The translations under genes were made by a program, and so were the position numbers. A stretch of 64,000 nucleotides of DNA, taken from positions 4,467,056 to 4,531,055 of the forward strand of contig CM119265.1 of NCBI GenBank assembly GCA_051294375.1, read 5' to 3'. This stretch comes from Paraspadella gotoi (lineage: Eukaryota; Animalia; Chaetognatha). The notes under the pieces are model-generated. The model did not search any database. It saw nothing but the letters and a program-made list of their open reading frames with translations, and had not been told where the DNA came from. Shown here piece by piece: positions 61,213-64,000 of this stretch (positions are counted from its first letter, which is position 1; each line of letters opens with the position of its first letter).

Positions 61213-62782
61213 GATTAAATTAAAGGACGACTCTCGTTTGACAAGGTTGGCCGCCGACGACATACGTCAAGAGCGGCAAAGGCGGGTGGCGGTGGCGGTG
61301 GCGGTAGGAGTGGGTGAGGTGGGTGAGTGTACGATGGGTGAGGTTTAGGGGTAAAGGGGAGGCGTTTCAAGGACGGCGCGGAGGCCGTCTTGATTGATTT
61401 CGACCATTATTTAGTCCTCGTCTGGAGAAACACCATTTGTCTTGGTTTTCTTTCTTCGCGTCGAGATGCGTTTTTCGGCCGGGGGCGGCGGAGGAAAGAG
61501 GAAAAGGGAGGAAGGAAGGAGGAAAGGAAAAGAGAGGGGAGGGAAAAGAGGAAGGAGGAAGAAAGATGGAGAATGGAGATATAAGAAGAAAGGAAAAAAT
61601 GGCCGTTGAGAAAGAGAAAGGGAAAGAAGAAAGACGTAAGAAAAGAGGAGGGAGCGGGGGAGAAAGGGAAAAAGGGAGGAAAGAGGAAAGAAAGTGAAGA
61701 AGAAGAAAAAAAAATGGCTGTAAAAAAAAGATAGAGAAAGAGTTAGGTGAGGAAACAAGTAACGAGGAATGAAGGAAAGAAAAAGGGTAATAAAATATAT
61801 CTAGAATGGTCGATAGAGGGAAAAAAGAAAAGGGGCAGAAATAAAAGGAAACATAGGCGAAATAAAAGGAAAGGAGGAGGGAAGGAAGGGGAGGAAGGAA
61901 ATAGACTTAGGATGAGGAGAAGAGAAGAAGAGAATGTCGTTACGGAATAAATGGGGAAGAGGAGCAAAATGAGAAGAGGGAAGAAAAGAGAAGGAAAGAT
62001 CGAAGAAAACAGGGGGCGCGCCGAGACGAGGGTTCGCGTGGGAGCCCCGGCTTTTTTTATGCGGCGCCCCGCGATCGGCGCCTCGACGCCGCGGGAACCT
62101 CGTCTGCAACGTCGTGGGAGTAAAAGCGCGGCGCCGTGAGAAGGCGCCCGGAGACGGCGCTGTTTTCTTCTTCTCCTTAACCCCTGTTTTCACGAAAGAA
62201 AAAGAGAGAGAACAGTTTTTTTGAATTAAAACTTACTTTTTGATCTCATGCAGTTTTATTTTTCTTAAATTCATAATTTAAAAAAAAATATTTTTGGAAT
62301 GTTTTTATACCAAATTAGTTTAATTAGTATTTTCAGTCCTAACAATAACATACTTCCCATATAAATATCTGCCTGGAGCTTTACTAGCATTGGCGTCTTC
62401 GTATTCAACGTCATTGTCGTCGTCGTCATCGTTTTCGCAAACAGAGACGCAACCCCAGCGACTCGCTCGCCATCCAAAGTCGTAAAATAGTTATTTGCGA
62501 AAGCTCCACTCCTTTGGCCCCTCTCCGTTTTTCTTCCTCACCTCTACCCCATGAAACCTCCCGAAACCCAGCTCCAAAAACTACCTAAAACCCCCCCGGC
62601 CCCCTTTCCACCCGTGATTTCTAAAAGGCTCGCCCACCTTGGCAATGATGCACCAGTTTTGCGCCGCTAAACCGGAATCATTATCAAATCTCTAGACAAT
62701 CGCGAGCGGGCGATGAAAATAAGATGAAAAAAATGCGAGATGGAAAGCAGACAGAGAGAGAGAGAGAAGAAGAGGAGAGCAG

Positions 62783-62849
<67 letters not shown>

Positions 62850-63511
62850 TCCATCTCGCTGCCAACGCTATTCGTCTTTCGAGGAAAGGCCTTTTGGTTC
62901 TCCCATCTCCCGGTGACGGCGTTGAATGCAACGGTCAGTAGCGTTCGTAAAAAAGAGGCGCCATCTCGCGAGATTACGCAACCCGATCGTAACGTATTAA
63001 GGTAAAATTGTCTTCTTCGGCGTCAGAAAATTAAAAGAGAATTAAGAATTCGCGCGTCTCTTCCTGATTTTGAACTCATCACTTCTTATTCCCCCCATGC
63101 CCGATTTTCTTGCCCCTGATTCCCTCTGCCCGATCCTTTTCCACTCTGCCTTCAATCCACCGCTGCGCCCGACATCCTTTCGCTCGACCGCTTCCGTCCT
63201 TCACCTCGATCGCGAACTCAACTCAAACTCGCATCCTTTTTAGTTGCGCCAGCGAGGACTCGAGGAGCATCTCTATAAGTCGCCTTTCGGTCCGTCAGTC
63301 AGTCCCAATTACATGATATAATATAATTTGCCTATAGTTGGTTGTTCATTTGTTTAGACAGGAAAAAATTTTAATTCTAAGTGACTGCTAGCGCCGCCTT
63401 CAGAAACCAAAAACTAAAAGGAAAAGATAAAAGACAGAATTAGATGCAGTGTATGTCATAAATACAAAGGCTAAGAAAGTTTTTTAGTCATTTTTCATGT
63501 CATACACATGA

Positions 63512-63556
63512 AAATAAAGTCACTGCGGCGCAACATATTTGAATCACCGTTCTAGT
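63512..63556 (+). mobile_element. Helitron-like 3' terminus (second copy)
   Basis: aaagtcactgcggcgcaacatatttgaatcaccgttCTAGt; similarity to 20055-20100 runs up to the CTAG. Confidence 0.45.
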
Positions 63557-63827
63557 TTTTTTTTGTTTTTTTTTTCTCTTTTTCCTCACTAAGATTTCGC
63601 TACCCGAATCTTTTCACTCGAATCTTCCTTCATTTTTTTATAAGCTCACTTAACTCTCGATGCAGCGTCTTCATCAAAATCATCATCAAAACCAACAGCA
63701 ACATCACCATCAAATCCACTCTCCCCGTTCCGGTCTCCACCCCGATACGTTCTCGACGACCCACCCCTCTCCTCCTCCACCGACGCCAACGCCTCTGATA
63801 ACAAATTCCCTCATTTATATGAACTCG

Positions 63828-63884
<57 letters not shown>

Positions 63885-64000
63885 CCTCTCGTCTTTAACG
63901 TCGTCTTTATCGTCGTGAGATGGCGCGGAAGGGTAAGAACGCGTGAGATCCTCAATTTGAGTTTCCTTCTTTAGAGAGAAGTTCTTCTCTGCTCGGGGAA

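Overview
Eukaryotic genomic DNA, most likely from an invertebrate animal: AT-rich spliceosomal introns, very dense (AG)n/(GAC)n microsatellites and several N gaps. It is not prokaryotic. Most ORFs in the track are microsatellite translations. The genes I could reconstruct by hand with GT-AG junctions are: (1) the last seven coding exons (beta-propeller) of an FSTL4/FSTL5-like gene (+, 4589-21208); (2) three divergent, intron-containing paralogs nested antisense in its 14.2-kb intron, each with an N-terminal helix (LCxxCA in two), a low-complexity charged middle and a C-terminal atypical RRM-like domain; a frameshifted mirror copy of the largest lies in a ~9.4-kb palindrome that may be an assembly artefact; (3) a two-exon DUF885-family putative metallopeptidase (-, 23311-25273); (4) a four-exon type II membrane protein with three C-type lectin domains, the third interrupted by an SRCR domain (+, 34140-36904). 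Mobile DNA remnants include a tRNA-derived SINE with a partial twister-like motif, a foldback element, a Penelope-like palindrome with a truncated hammerhead, and Helitron-like 3' ends. The 37-64 kb region is mostly simple repeats, gaps and noisy duplicated sequence. The best candidate for an undescribed system is the nested antisense RRM-like gene family.
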